Assembly (NCBI RefSeq): GCF_006345805.1 | Contig: NC_043009.1 | Span: 31,930,001 to 31,994,000 of the forward strand | Reading direction: 5' to 3' | From: Octopus sinensis | Taxonomy: Eukaryota | Length of the DNA: 64,000 nt | Shown: in pieces, positions 50,839 to 64,000 of the stretch | Layout: each line of letters opens with the position of its first letter | How positions within the stretch are numbered: position 1 is the first letter of the stretch | Translations under genes and position numbers: made by a program | Notes under the pieces: model-generated | Database searches by the model: none | What the model was told of the DNA's origin: nothing | Seen by the model: the letters and a program-made list of their open reading frames with translations, nothing else

Positions 50839-53800
50839 GATTATGTCGATTGTATTGATCCCAGAGCATAACTGGTACTTAATTTATCGACCCCTGAAAG
50901 GATGAAAGGCAAAGTCAACCTCGGCGGAATTTGAACTCAGAACGTAACGGCAGATGAAATACGGCTACACATTTCGCCCAGCGTGCTAACGTTTCTGCCA
51001 GCTTGCCGCCTTCTCTCGCAGTCATTACTGCTTTTCTCCATGTCATTCATTATTCACAGCCATCACTCACTCTTACCATTGTCCACCTCTGTTACTATCC
51101 ATCATTCCCTCCCTCTTTCTCACTTTCCACAAATACCACACTCTTAACTAAACACTCGTATTCTATTCACCCACCCATCATGGTTTATCTTCTCTCATCA
51201 ATCTCTTGGCCGAGTTCCCTTCAGCAAACAGACACACCATAGAGCAGGGAAAATCTTTTGCTTAAAAGGGTACAAAGCAACCCTACATGTGCTGGTGCCA
51301 CGATAAAATGCACCCAGAACCTTCTGCAATGGAGCTGGCAAATGAGCAAATCTCATGTTAACAGCACTCTTTAGTATTATCAGAGTCTTGACGAGCTCTC
51401 TAGTGTTGCCCCTATGATGAAATGCATTCAATGCAGTGTGAAAAGTGGTCGATGCTGGGAAGTCCATCCAGGTGAAGAAACCAAATCAAAATTAAAATGG
51501 ACAAATGAGCTAATGGGATTATGTAATCCTAATGTCTTATGGGTAATGGGTTCAAAAAATGGATTCAGACGGTTGTAACTCATCCAACTCATGCCAGCAT
51601 GGACAGCTGACGTAAAATCCTACTAGAGGTGGTGATGGCGATGGTGATGGTGATGGTGATGGTAGTGACAACAGCAGCAGTAATGACAGTAGTACAGCAG
51701 TGGCAGCTGCAGTGGTGGCAGCAGCTGTGTTGGTGGCGGTAGTAGAAATGATGATGATGATAAGTTCACTCTAAAATATAAACCAAGTGCCAAATCTGAA
51801 ATAAAGGCCCAGAACTGGTGTTTTTGTTTTTATTCTAAATTCAAAATCAATTTCCAACAATGAATCAACAATTGGTAATTCTCTTTCAACCTGTTTTATA
51901 ACAATTCCAAGGAGCAGCAATTCCATGTTCTATCAGACTACAAAAAAAACAACCAAAAAAAACCCCCCATATTGTGCCATCAACCTCTATTTCACCTTTT
52001 AAAAAAAATGGTGTAGTTGAGTTCATCTGTCCTTTGATGTTGCTATGGCTGTTGTTGCTATTGGTGTTGTTGTTGTAATTGCAATTTTGTTGTCTGTGTT
52101 TCAAGCTTCTTTTTTGTGTTGTTGTTGTTTTTGTTCTATCTGTAGTCATCGTTGCTATGGTTGCTGCTGTTTTTTCATTGCAAGCTTATCTTCATTTTTT
52201 TTTCTTTCCTGTCAATGTTGCAACTAGAATTTTTGTGTGGCCCCTAGAATTTTTTATGTTATTGTTTTCCTATTAGTTGATTTGTATGTTTGGTTGTTTC
52301 TCAGCCCTGGAACTACCAAACATTTTGCAGGTTCAAATCACTGTTGTTCCCAGTAACATTATTTTTCTTCTTTGCTGCTCTCCAGTTTCCATAATCTGTT
52401 TAGTCACATCATCATCATCATCATCATCATTTAGCGTCCGCTTTCCATGCTGGCATGGGTTGGACGGTTCAACTGGGGTCTGGGAAGCCAGAAGGCTGCA
52501 CCAGGCCCAGTCTGATCTGGCAATGTTTCTACGGCTGGATGCCCTTCCTAACGCCAACCACTCCACATCAACTCAACTATTCCAATTGATTTAATAGGGT
52601 GATTTAACCAATCCTTTCTACAACTGGCACCAAGCCTGCAGTTCTTGGGAAGTGAGAGCTGGTCAATTACATCAACCCCAGTGCTTAACTGGTGCCTATT
52701 TTATCGACCCCAAAAGGAAGAAAGATAAAGTCAACCTAGGAAGAATTTAAACCTAGAACTTAAAGACAGCTGAAATGATATGAAATATTTTGTCCAACAT
52801 TCTAGGGATTCCACCATCTTGTCACTTTAGTGCCTTAAATAACAGTTCTAAATACAATTTCATAAAGATCGGTTAACTTTACAATCTTCAGTTACTGAAG
52901 AATTTCTTACCACATTTGCAACTATAATATATTGATCCCCTTTTCTGATCATGGTGAAATTCTTCTATGTGGTCATGTTGGAGCACTGCCTTAAATTGTG
53001 CAGACATGACAACTTTTTACATCCTTTATAACTGTCCATTTCAAATTCCACCAAGATTAACTTTGCTTTACATCATTTTGAGGTTGATAAATTAAGTGCC
53101 AGTTTCGTACTGGGGGTCAATCTAATCGACTGACCCCCTCCACCCAAATTCCTGGCCTTGTACCTAGAGTAGACAAGTTTATAACTATCCATTGTGTTTA
53201 ATTTATCTTGAATAGCTTACACAGTCATTGGAGTTTAAAATCTTTGCATTCATAAATTTCATGAAGCCTAGCTCCTCAAGATTGGTGTCAAGGCAGTTAA
53301 TCATGTGTACCCCAGTAATTACAGGTATAAATCTAAAGCTGTAGTCTGAGTAAAGTAATTTGATTTTTCATCAGGTAAGCATAGGTCTTTTCTTTTTCAC
53401 TAAATTTTAACGTTACATTAACATTTTCTGCAAAGCTAATATCCAATATTGTGCCAAATGTCTTCCTCTGCTCTGCAGCATTATTTGTAATTTGGTTTGC
53501 TTTCACTTCTTTTGAAGTCTTAACTGGAACATTCCACCAATATTCTTCCATACTGTTGAGTATTCATGCCCTGCACATCTCAGTAATTTCTTCTGTTTAT
53601 AATCTTAGGATCATCTTTTCCAATGATTTCATTCTACAGTCTTTTTCATAAGACTATATAATACCATGATTACATTCCAGGACAGCTTATGATGGAGGTG
53701 ACATCCTCAGTGTTAATTTCACAGAATCTCGTTTGGTTGTGGTATCCATGTGGCTAAGCTATATCCCTGTGTTTTGTGCATCTGGTGGTTTGTTGTTATT

Positions 53801-53929
53801 TCTTGCTCTTTCGAAGTCAGACCTAATATCCGAGTTGTTAGATTAAAATAGACACCATTTGCATATGCTTTGCGTATGTACCTATGTATGCATCTGTTTG
53901 CGTGTATGTATGCATATACCTTCATGTCA

Positions 53930-53969
<40 letters not shown>

Positions 53970-55028
53970 ATTATTTGCAGTTTAACAAAGCTACCAATGG
54001 TTTCATGCACAGAGATCTTCACAACTTTTCAAGCATGCCACATGAAAATATTGATACTCATCTCTATTTTGGATGTGAATACATACACAAGTATGCGTGT
54101 CTGTGTATGTTTGCGTGTGTGTGTGTTTCTTTGGGGGTTTTCGAGTACTTCTTTTATGAAATTCAAACAAGTTACTAAGAAAACAATAAGGGAATTTGTT
54201 TAAATAAAATGCAGCTTCAAAAATTTGATGATCATCTGAATTGCTTGATGTGTATATATATGTATGAGTAGGTTAATTTACACATATATAGTCGGTGTGT
54301 AATAATCAGGGGCACATATAATGGGTGTGCATGTCACTTCAGTGTGCACATGCTTATAATTCATTGCTTTACACGTGTGTGTGTATGTGTGTGTGTATGC
54401 GTGTGTGTGTGGGCATTCTATAAGTTCATGTAATTAAATGTGTTCATCCCAGGAACCTCAAATGGGGAATCCCTAGAATGTTTTTACAGATTTTCATTGT
54501 AACATTAATCAATTGTATTTGAAGAATGAAATGAGTTACCTTTGTTACTTTCTATTTTAGATAAGCCCAACACATTTTGATATTTACACAAATCTGTTGT
54601 ACTGTATGCCACTGTATCTATAACAACAGGTACAAATAAAAATGTATAGCTTGGTTATAAGAGTTGCAAATCTCTCTTTCATTTTCCAAAGATGTCCTCC
54701 TTTCCTCCAACTTTTGAAATGACATTCACATCTACTGGGCAGCTGATATCTACAACAGAGCATCTCACATGTGTATATGTATGTACTGACATTGGTATAG
54801 ACATATGCACGTATGTATATATTTCTCTAAGAATGACTCTGCAAGCCAAAACTCTCTTAGAATGCACAATAAACATGGTTCACTGCTATCTAACTTAATA
54901 TACTGTATATTTAACTGAATAAAATTAAGGTGTATGTATGTGTGGGTGTATACATATATACACACATAAATATATATTATATGTATTATATATAACATAT
55001 AAATATGTATGGGTGTTTGTGTGTGTAC

Positions 55029-55065
<37 letters not shown>

Positions 55066-55737
55066 AATACATACATAATATACATTAATATATATATTAT
55101 CAATTATATATATGGGTGTTTGTGTGTGTACATATATATATATATATATATAAATACATACATAATATACATTGATATATATATTATCAATTATATGTAT
55201 TATATATGGATAAATATGATATATAAATATGTACATTTGCGTGTGTGTGTGTATGTGTGTGTATATATAGATACATATATAGAAACATATGTGGTGGGTA
55301 TGTATGCATATGTGCGTATATTATATTAAGACATTAACTTTCTTTCATACAAGAATGTTTTTTTTCAAATATACTGCACTTAAGGAGGTTCAGAGTGATG
55401 CTTCATCAACTGGAAAAAATGCGAAAGAATTTCAATTCATCCAGAGTTGCTACAGTAAAGTTACATGGTGTAATCAGTCTGTGAAAAGTCATGGAATTAA
55501 AATTTTCCCAAATTCTATGAAAAGTTGTCACTATAGAATAACTGAATGAATACTTTTTAGGGCATACCAAGGGCATTAAAATATAAATATTTTGTGAAAT
55601 ACATCAGAAATGTAATGTTGAGCTAAAAGATTATGAACGAATGTGTTTAAGGAATATGGTTCAGTGAGATAGAATTTAAATGAATTAAGAAACATTTGAG
55701 ATACATATATATATTTACATACATATATATATATATA

Positions 55738-55810
<73 letters not shown>

Positions 55811-55813
<3 letters not shown>

Positions 55814-57240
55814 GCAGTTAACTATGGTGCTGCTACACCAGTCATTGGGTATCACTCCTTCGTGTATCACCTGGTTAACTATACAGGTGACTAGGCTATA
55901 GCCAACACTGCCAGATATTTTGAGCATCTCTGCGGTGATTCCTGGTGGGCTGGGGGCTTTCCCTGTCTTCATACTCTTAATTGCTTTATCTACCAAGAAC
56001 TGTCAATTCAGATAGCTCATCCCTCTGTTGGGCTGACATTCGGCAGACTCTCTTTCTCCCATTCATTCTCTTTATTGATCAACTTTTAATAGTGGTGTCT
56101 CCAAACCTCTCTCTCTTTGCAGCCTTGTCTAGTGCAAGTGAACCATCATCCATGCGAACACATTTCTCTCCTATGACATCACGATTCTCTCTCAAACACT
56201 GTCTTGCAACACGAAATACCTCAAGTCTTTGGTCCTCACGGCACATAACATTGGTAAATTTTTTCTTATTTGCTTCCCTTCTAGCTAAATAAACCTGTCT
56301 CCTAGCTTCTCTTCTGGCAGTCTGATACAATTCCTTGCTACCACCGTTCTTCCAGTCCTTCCAAGCCTGTTTCTTTTCTCTAATAGCCCTGTCAACAACA
56401 TTGTTTCACCACCATGTTATTTTGGGTAGAGAGGGGACTTTACACCATCTACAGATCTGGTCAGTGGCCCTCAGCAGATTGTCCCATAGAAACCTCCAGT
56501 TGTCTTCTACATTGTGTGAAGCTATATCCCCAGCTATTTTGTCAAAGTAATATGGTTCTAAATCTCTGTCCATTGGCAGGATTTTTAAGCTTCAAGACCT
56601 TTCTCCTCCATGTTGGTCGTCTTCTGGGCATCCACTTAGCCTTGATCCTGAAGTCACTAACTACCAGTCTATGTTGTGGGGTACATTCTTCGCCAGGGAA
56701 GGTTTTGGCATTTATAAGCAGCCATCTTTTCCTTTTTCTGGTGAGGATGTAGTCAATTTGGTTAGCGTGTCTGCCAGAATGGTAGGTGACTAAGTGACTG
56801 GCAGGTTTCCTCAAGTTAGTATTGCAAATCATAAGATCATTTGCATCGCAGAACTCAGCAGGTTGGTTCCCTCCTCATTGAGGGAACCAAAACTGTAGCC
56901 TGCTTGTACGCCATGGGAGCCCCCTGCATGTTGTCCAACATATCCATTGAAGTCACCAGCCACAAAGAGAAGATCCCTGTCATTCGTCAATGAGGTAGTC
57001 TGCAAGAGTATGTCATAAAAGCAGTCTTTCTGTCCATTAGATAGCCCCAGCTGAGGTATATAGGCCGAGATAATGGTTGCTAACCCGTGATGAAGCACTA
57101 ATCTAATCTTAAGTATTCTGTTGCATACTCTGACTCCCTTGATTACCTTAACAACCCATTTCTCCACAAGAAGTATATCCACACCCCCGACTATATCAGT
57201 GTTCCCTACCCAGAAAATCTTGTACCTGTGTTCTTTGCCC
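55811..57240 (-). mobile_element. RTE-clade LINE fragment: AP endonuclease and start of reverse transcriptase, frameshifted
   Basis: IISAYIPQ, VAGDFNGYVG, QIDYILTR, QHRLVVSDF (APE motifs) and AIKSMKTGKAPSPPGITAEMLK..IPNDW (RT domain start). Confidence 0.92.
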
Positions 57241-57609
57241 GGGAGTGGAGCATATTAGCTTCATTCCTTTCTAGCCTTCATATGTCTTCTGCATTCAGGG
57301 CCCACATCTCACTACCATGTAGCATTGCTGTTCATATACATGCATCATACAATCTTCCTTTCACTCAGAGAGGGAGAAAACTTTGGTTACCAACTGAAGT
57401 AAACATTTTCTGAATTCCCTCCATCTTGTTCTTATTCTATTGAGGTGTTGCTCAGATTACAACCTAATTATTCTATTTTGCCATGCTATATACATTTTTG
57501 TATTTCATTTATACTTTTCCCATTCTTTGGCATCATGTCACCTTTAACTCCTAATTGTGTTACTTGTTCCTCTTATTTACTATTTAGTATAAACAAGGTA
57601 ATTTCTACT

Positions 57610-57787
57610 CTTCTCTGGAAGCCATCTGCTTGTGATACCAGAGGGCGCACGCTCTCCTACCCTGATGTAATCTCCAGGGATAAAGGCATCCAGCAAGAAG
57701 GCCTCCATAATGCTATGATGGACCATGAAGTCTGGCGTAACATAGTAAATTCCATTGTCTCGACCACGGTCGAACAATGATGATGAT
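57610..57787 (+). mobile_element. 5'-truncated RTE-like LINE 3' end
   Basis: LLWKP..RGRTLSYPDVISRD..MMDHEVWRNIV..stop, followed by a (TGA)n tail. Confidence 0.7.
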
Positions 57788-58374
57788 AAACCCAGAACTT
57801 CCTCATAAACTATCTTAAGTATTTTACCAAAAGGAGCTTAATTAAAGATGTCATGTGAACTCCCTACTCTTGTACATGTAATATACAGTTACCCACAAGA
57901 GAAAAACAATATTCTTTGAGTTGTAGCTCAATAATAGATCAAATTTGTTCCTGACATTTATTTAAAGACATAACAAAAGTTGAGTTTTAATAGAACTTGT
58001 AGACCTTTGAATACAAAAGCTATTCATATATCAAGCAAAATTAAGAATATTTAGGATACAAATGCTTCTCCTCCCATAAAACAATTCATTAAAATAGTAA
58101 CGTGGCTAATACAAGGTATTACTATAAATGTATTGTAAGGATAGGATTCTTTCTCATATTATTCAGTAATTTATGTCTTTTTTAAAGCAAGAGTGACACT
58201 GTGCCGTTACCATCATCGATGACTTTACAAAAGAGATAAGTTAACAGGATTTTGCTTAAATAGTTTTCAGTGAATTTCATAAAGTACTTCAGTTTAAATT
58301 TTAGATGGATCCTTTCTAAGGAGAACTGTGACAATTATAACAGCAAGGACTGATGAGAATCTGAGAGTCTAATG

Positions 58375-58716
58375 CAGTGGTTCTCAATCGGGCTCTGTAT
58401 GACCCCTGAGGGTCCATATAAGATTGGTGGGGGGGTTCCATGCATCATAATAGTAAATTGGGATTGATGATAATATTTTAAGGGCCCTTGAAAATCTATG
58501 CTTTAGATGTATCTATTGGTATGTATTGCAGAAAACAAGTTTCTTTAACATTTTCATGTTCAACCTACACAAGTGAATGTGTGAAAAACAAAATAGGAAT
58601 TTTGAAAAAAGTTTCTGTAAAACTAGTTTTTAAACATTGAATGGCTATAGGGATCCATCAGAATAAAATAGCAATGAAAGGGGGTTCATCAATGAAAAAT
58701 GGTCGAGAAACCCTTG
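58375..58716. mobile_element. hAT-like MITE
   Basis: CAGTGGTTCTCAATC and GGTCGAGAAACCCTTG imperfect TIRs. Confidence 0.6.
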
Positions 58717-59557
58717 TTTAAAAAATACCAATTTCCTCTTTAGAAATCTGTCTTTCTAACTTTGGGGTGACTAGCTGACTACAATTTTATAAGTAGTTTG
58801 GGAGAAATTAATGTTTTCAGTTAATTTGATAAGGCATTTCACCTTCAGTGTTTATTTTAGATTGTCTTCTTCATGAAACACAGGTGAGAAATCTCTAAAT
58901 ATTTAAGAAATGAAAAACGTTGGGTCTAACCATAAATGGTAAAAAAAGGAATGCTTCAAGTGTTTCTGTATAATTTTGGTTTAAATGCAAAAAAAATATG
59001 CAGGTGTATGTGTGTATGTGTGAGTGTGTGTGTGTGTGTATGCGTGTGTGTTTGTGCTTGTGTGTGTGTAAGAGAGAGAAAGGGAGAGAGAGAGAGAGAG
59101 AGCAAGAGGTGGGAGTGAAAGACAGTGAAGAATGGGTGGCAATGGGTTGAAATAAGAAAATAGAAAAGAATATGAAAGATAGAAAGAGAGAGAGAAAGAG
59201 AGGGAGAAAGCAGCAGAAAGAGTTTAACTTAATCTTAAATGTGTGTGTGTGTGTGTGTGTGTGTCTTGTCATAACTGTATGTGTGTGCATGCTGTTGTTT
59301 AGTACTACAACAGACATGATCTATAACCAAAACAAATCAAAACTATCCGCCTAGTAATGTATTCTTTGCTTTCTTTCTTATGTAATGTTTCCTTCAATGC
59401 TTAAAGGTAGCAGTGTGACATTGAGGAATATTTGGTTGTTATTTCTAACAGGTCAAGTAACAACTTACAAATTTCCTCATTGCGCTTTCCTTTTTTTTCT
59501 ATTTTCTTTACGTTTTCTTTTTTCTCCTGTCTATATTCCTCCAATGAGCTCTAAATC

Positions 59558-59635
59558 ATTCTGATGATGTTTGTTAACCAGAATTAGATAAATAGAAATT
59601 TACTTCACAAATAACAAACCGAAACAGCTGTAAAT
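59558..59635 (+). ncRNA. Minimal type I hammerhead ribozyme motif, intact core
   Basis: ATT-CTGATGA-T-GTTTGTTA(35 nt)TAACAAAC-C-GAAAC-AGCT-GTA|AAT: 8-bp stem II, palindromic stem III, 3-bp stem I. Confidence 0.75.
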
Positions 59636-60062
59636 TTTTTTTTAAAACTACAATTAAACTATGACCTTTTAATACCAATGAGCAACTGCTAATTGTTAAG
59701 TGTTGCTCCATTTCTTTTCTTGTCTGAATATATTAATATGCATACACACATACACATACACACACACACTCACTCACACACACACGCACACACATATTTA
59801 TGTTATTGTTTTGTTTAGTTATCATCCACTATTGTGTTAGCTTAGTCTTTGAGTAGTTGCGTGTATGTGTGAGTGTGTGTGGTGGGAGTGAGTGCGTACA
59901 TGTGTGAGTATGCTAAAGAGAGAAAAGCAAGAGGTGAAGAAGAGAGATATAGTAAGGATAACCTATGCACACATGAAGATTTGTGTGTCTGTTTACTCAT
60001 ACAGGTGTGTGTGTGAGTAACAGAATGAAGAATGCAGCACTCTGAGTGACATCTGTATTGAA

Positions 60063-60245
60063 GTTACCATCCCTCTACTACCTCACTAAGCTACACTTCA
60101 CACCAGACCTCAACTTCCATTCTTTTATCACTCTACCATCCCTCTACCACCTCACTTAGCTATACTTCACATCAGGTCTCCTCTCACATCCCTTATCCAG
60201 TTACCATCCCTCTACCACTTCACTTAACTATCCACCTCATACCAA
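60063..60245. repeat. Degenerate ~69-bp tandem repeat, about 2.6 units
   Basis: TACCATCCCTCTAC(C/T)AC(C/T)TCACT recurs at about 60065, 60134 and 60202. Confidence 0.75.
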
Positions 60246-61559
60246 TCCTCTTACTCCTTTCTCTTCTTACTCTTCACCCACCCGTTGCAATTTTTCTTAT
60301 TTCAAGATAAATATTCTTTTCTACTCTAGGCACAAGGCATGAAAATTTGGGGGAGAGGACCTTTCGATTAGATCAACCCCAGTATGCAACTGGTACATAT
60401 GTGTGTGTGTGTGTGTGTGTGTATGTGTGTGTAACTGATGTTTGCATACATGTAAGTATGGATACAAGCATGTCTTTATAAATTGCTGGCTTTTATCAGC
60501 ATGAAACTTTGGGTTCTGGTAAGATAATAAACTTCATTTTACAGGAATTGTTTATCCACTTTCCCATTGTTGACTTCTTGTTCTTCCAGTTTGTCATTAA
60601 TACACACACACACATACACAGAAACACTGAGAGTGAGAGAGACAGAGAGGGAGGAGAGAAAGAGGGAGAGAGAGAGAGTAGGAGGTGTATATAAAAAGTA
60701 CTTTGAAATGAATATAACAACCGATATTCATGTTAATGATAAATTTATTACAAAATAGCCACTAATATCCACAAGGAAAGTAGACATAGAAAACAAAAGG
60801 TGGTGGTGGTGGTGGTGGTGGTGGTGGCTTGGTGGTGGTAGCCATGATGGTGGTGGTGGTGCTGGGGGCAATGTTGATGTTGGTGGGGTGTGTTGGTGGT
60901 GGCGCAATGATGATGATAGTGTTAATGATGAGAATGATGATGATGATGATGATGATGAGGATGAGGGGAGGGTGATGATGATAAGGATGGCGATGACAAT
61001 AACAATGACAATGATGATGATAATACAAAGACAGCTGTCTACTCTGTGAGAGTTTTTCTAAATCTAAAACGTGATCTATACGTGTGCTTATATATGCATG
61101 CATGTGTGTGTGTGTGTGTGACAGTCAAGATGTCATGCTGCAAGGAAGAAGAAAGACAAGTTTATAAAGCAAATAGAAAATGACAGAATAACAAAACAAA
61201 TAACAGAGAAAGAGAGAGAGAGAGGAGGGGAATGGACACAGACACTATGGTGGATGTTGCCATCAATATTACATCATTCAACTAAATAAACGAATAAAAT
61301 TAATTATTAAAAAAATAACAAACCAATAACAACGTGTTTAGATATATTGTGGACATGTAACGCAGTTTTTATTTGGTTTAGCTAAAGACATATAAAGCTT
61401 TAACTGTAATAAATATGAGACTAATACTTAAATAACTTGGACACAACATACACAACATATGCTAGGCAACAGCACATGGTGTTGACATTTATCCCTTGTT
61501 TACATTTTGCTTCATGAACACACAGACAAATAAATGATACGTGTGTACACATAACTGGG

Positions 61560-61581
61560 TACACACATACTTTACTGGCTG

Positions 61582-61613
<32 letters not shown>

Positions 61614-61670
61614 TCATATATATATATACAATGATGATAACACACACAGATATATACATATCCACATATA

Positions 61671-61723
<53 letters not shown>

Positions 61724-62241
61724 TTATATTTATATATATGTATGTATATATATATTTATATTTATATATATGTATGAATATATATATTTATATTTATATA
61801 TATGTATGTATATATACAAACATATTTATATGTGTATGTGTGCATACATGGATATATATATATTGATAGACAGAAATATTGACAATCTCTCCTCTGTGTG
61901 TGTGTGTGTGTGCGTGTGCGTGTGTGTGCATGTGTGCATGTGTCTGTGTACATTTGGGGGTGAGAAAGATATTGTACATACAGCCATTTTCTCATTTATC
62001 TTCATAAACATACATTTGTATATATATGTATATACATATATGTATATACATATATGTATATGTGTGTGTATATATATACATACACACATACATGTATTTA
62101 CACATATAACTCATACATGCGTTACTATGTATTTGTGCAAATATAAACACACACACTCACATATTCATGTGTGTGTGTGTTTGTGTATGTGTGTATTATA
62201 CATATGTGTATTACATATACTTGTATACATATGTGTGTATG

Positions 62242-62306
<65 letters not shown>

Positions 62307-62340
62307 CTATAAAGATATACACCCACACATACACTTATAT
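61560..62340. repeat. (TA/TG/CA) compound microsatellite
   Basis: Directly visible. Confidence 0.95.
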
Positions 62341-63274
62341 GAACACAGAAATTAATCCATCTGTATGTAATAAGTTTACTAAAACGTTTTGCTTACAGTT
62401 ATTTTCTACTTGACATTATCATCTGAAGAGACCAGACTACTTCAACATAGTAACAACAACAACACCTTCAACACCCCAACAATGATATTTGATTGTCTTC
62501 AGACTGTCTATGTTATGTCTCCGCCAAAACACCATCACATTTTATTACATCTTCTGTCCTTAAACTCTCTGTGTTTTGTCTACCAAATGTCTATACATTC
62601 TCTCATAATTTTTGTCCTCCAAACTGATTCTATTATCGCCTGTAACATATATGTATTCTGAGATTTATTGCTCCTAACTCTCTGCCTCATCTCTCCTTAT
62701 ACCACCAATTCTTTGATAATGTTTTCAAACATTCTGTATTCTTTTCTCATATTCTAACGTACTCGTAGTCCCCAAGCTATCTGCCTTATTCACCTTGCAA
62801 CACCCTTAACATGATAGTGTTTTCCACTGACCCCTACAGATTCCTTCTTATTTATTGTCTTCAAGCTCTGTGCCTTATTCTCCCATGGATTACTGCTGAT
62901 TCTATGATATCTAATGATCATCTGACTAATGATGCTACATGATCCAATACCAAGCTCCTTAATCAGCTCCTTGAAATAGACAGTGATAAGGAAATGCCAC
63001 AGTTATAATTACCTTAATTAGATGGTTTGTTGTTAATTTTCACAATTGTTATGATCTTTGCTGTAAACTTTCAATGTAAGTTACCAATTTATTTGCAGGA
63101 ACATTAGCGAGTATGAGAAAATGGAGAATTTAATGCATACAGAACTTTGCTGATATGGAACCATTCATGGTTATACGTAAAGATAAGAAGATATTAAACA
63201 GCCAAATACATCTGAAAGGGAAAAACAAAAGTGTAGGGTGTTTAGAACTGTAGAATTATTGCAGGAATAATCCT

Positions 63275-63610
63275 TTCTATTATAGGCTCAAGGCCTGAAA
63301 TTTAGGTGGGGGGGGGGGACAGTCGATCACATCAACCCCAGTACTTGAGTGGTACTTAATTTATCGATCCCAAAAGGACGAAAGGCAGTCCTCCTTTCTG
63401 CTATAAGCAAAAACACTTGAAATGTTGTGGGGGTAGGGAGGCTAGTTGATTACATCAACCCCAGTACACAACTGGTATTTATTTCTTCAAACCCGAAAGG
63501 ATGAAAGGCAAACTCGACCTTGATGGAATTAGAACTCAGAATGTACAGATAGATGGAAAGCGACAAAGCTTTTTGTCTCATGTGCTATCATTTCTGCCAG
63601 CTCACCATCT
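63275..63610 (-). mobile_element. Two tandem SINE family B copies
   Basis: ATCAACCCCAGTA..CTGGTA..CCCGAAAGGATGAAAGGCAAA..GAACTCAG repeated. Confidence 0.75.
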
Positions 63611-63644
<34 letters not shown>

Positions 63645-64000
63645 AATGATGACGACGATGATGATGTTGACTAAAAAGGAAAAATAAATAAACATTGCAT
63701 TTCATATTCACCAAACCTATTGGCATTCATGAATTCCATGTGAAATCTTAACCATTGTTATTTTCGTTGTCGTTGTTGTTGTTGTTGTTGTTTGATTATG
63801 ATTGGTGTTGTTACTGATCTTGTACATGTTCATCTTATTTGTTCATATTGTTGATGTTATTGTTTTTATTGTTTCTGGAATTATTATTTCTAATTTTTCT
63901 TTTATAATGCTTTTGCTATAATTCCTATTGTTGTTGTTGTTATGATACTGCTTTTTTCAAAATTTTTTGCCTCATCCCATCCCACCCCACCCCTCCCCGT

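Noticed and set aside
53333-53660. Protein-like ORF MEEYWWNVPVK..
   Set aside because: An adjacent frame gives KKLLRCAGHE, resembling the LRWAGHV motif of RTE C-termini; more likely a very decayed LINE, too weak to annotate.
62640-63000. Purine-rich minus-strand stretch with faint RT-like residues
   Set aside because: Too degenerate to assign without a profile search.

Overview
AT-rich, extremely microsatellite-dense animal genomic DNA, intronic or intergenic. The SINE families resemble those I recall from Octopus (coleoid cephalopod); this is recognition from memory, not a database match. I find no supportable host protein-coding gene, and almost all ORFs in the supplied track are microsatellite artefacts. 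The protein-like sequence that exists is decayed transposon: a near full-length dead mariner (21420-22639), a second mariner 3' fragment, an RTE-clade LINE endonuclease/RT fragment (55811-57240), two R4/Dong-like restriction-like-endonuclease (RLE) fragments sitting in (AAT)n, and a HERO-like RLE 3' end. The rest is several tRNA-derived SINE families, hAT and Tc1/mariner MITEs, long hairpins and simple repeats. The main finding is self-cleaving-RNA motifs. A repeat family present in five copies joins a tRNA-like Pol III head, an (AAT)n spacer and a minimal type I hammerhead ribozyme (HHR) of the kind known from Penelope-like elements. Its copies show Penelope-style inverted-tail insertion structures, including a head-to-head dimer inserted as one unit with a 12-17 bp target duplication. 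Five more minimal HHR motifs of different sequence are scattered through the window; two keep an intact catalytic core (8573-8625 minus, 59558-59635 plus). A 353-bp TSD-flanked RTE-derived element starts exactly at the first base of a partial HDV-like fold. All structures were paired by eye and no ribozyme activity has been shown.
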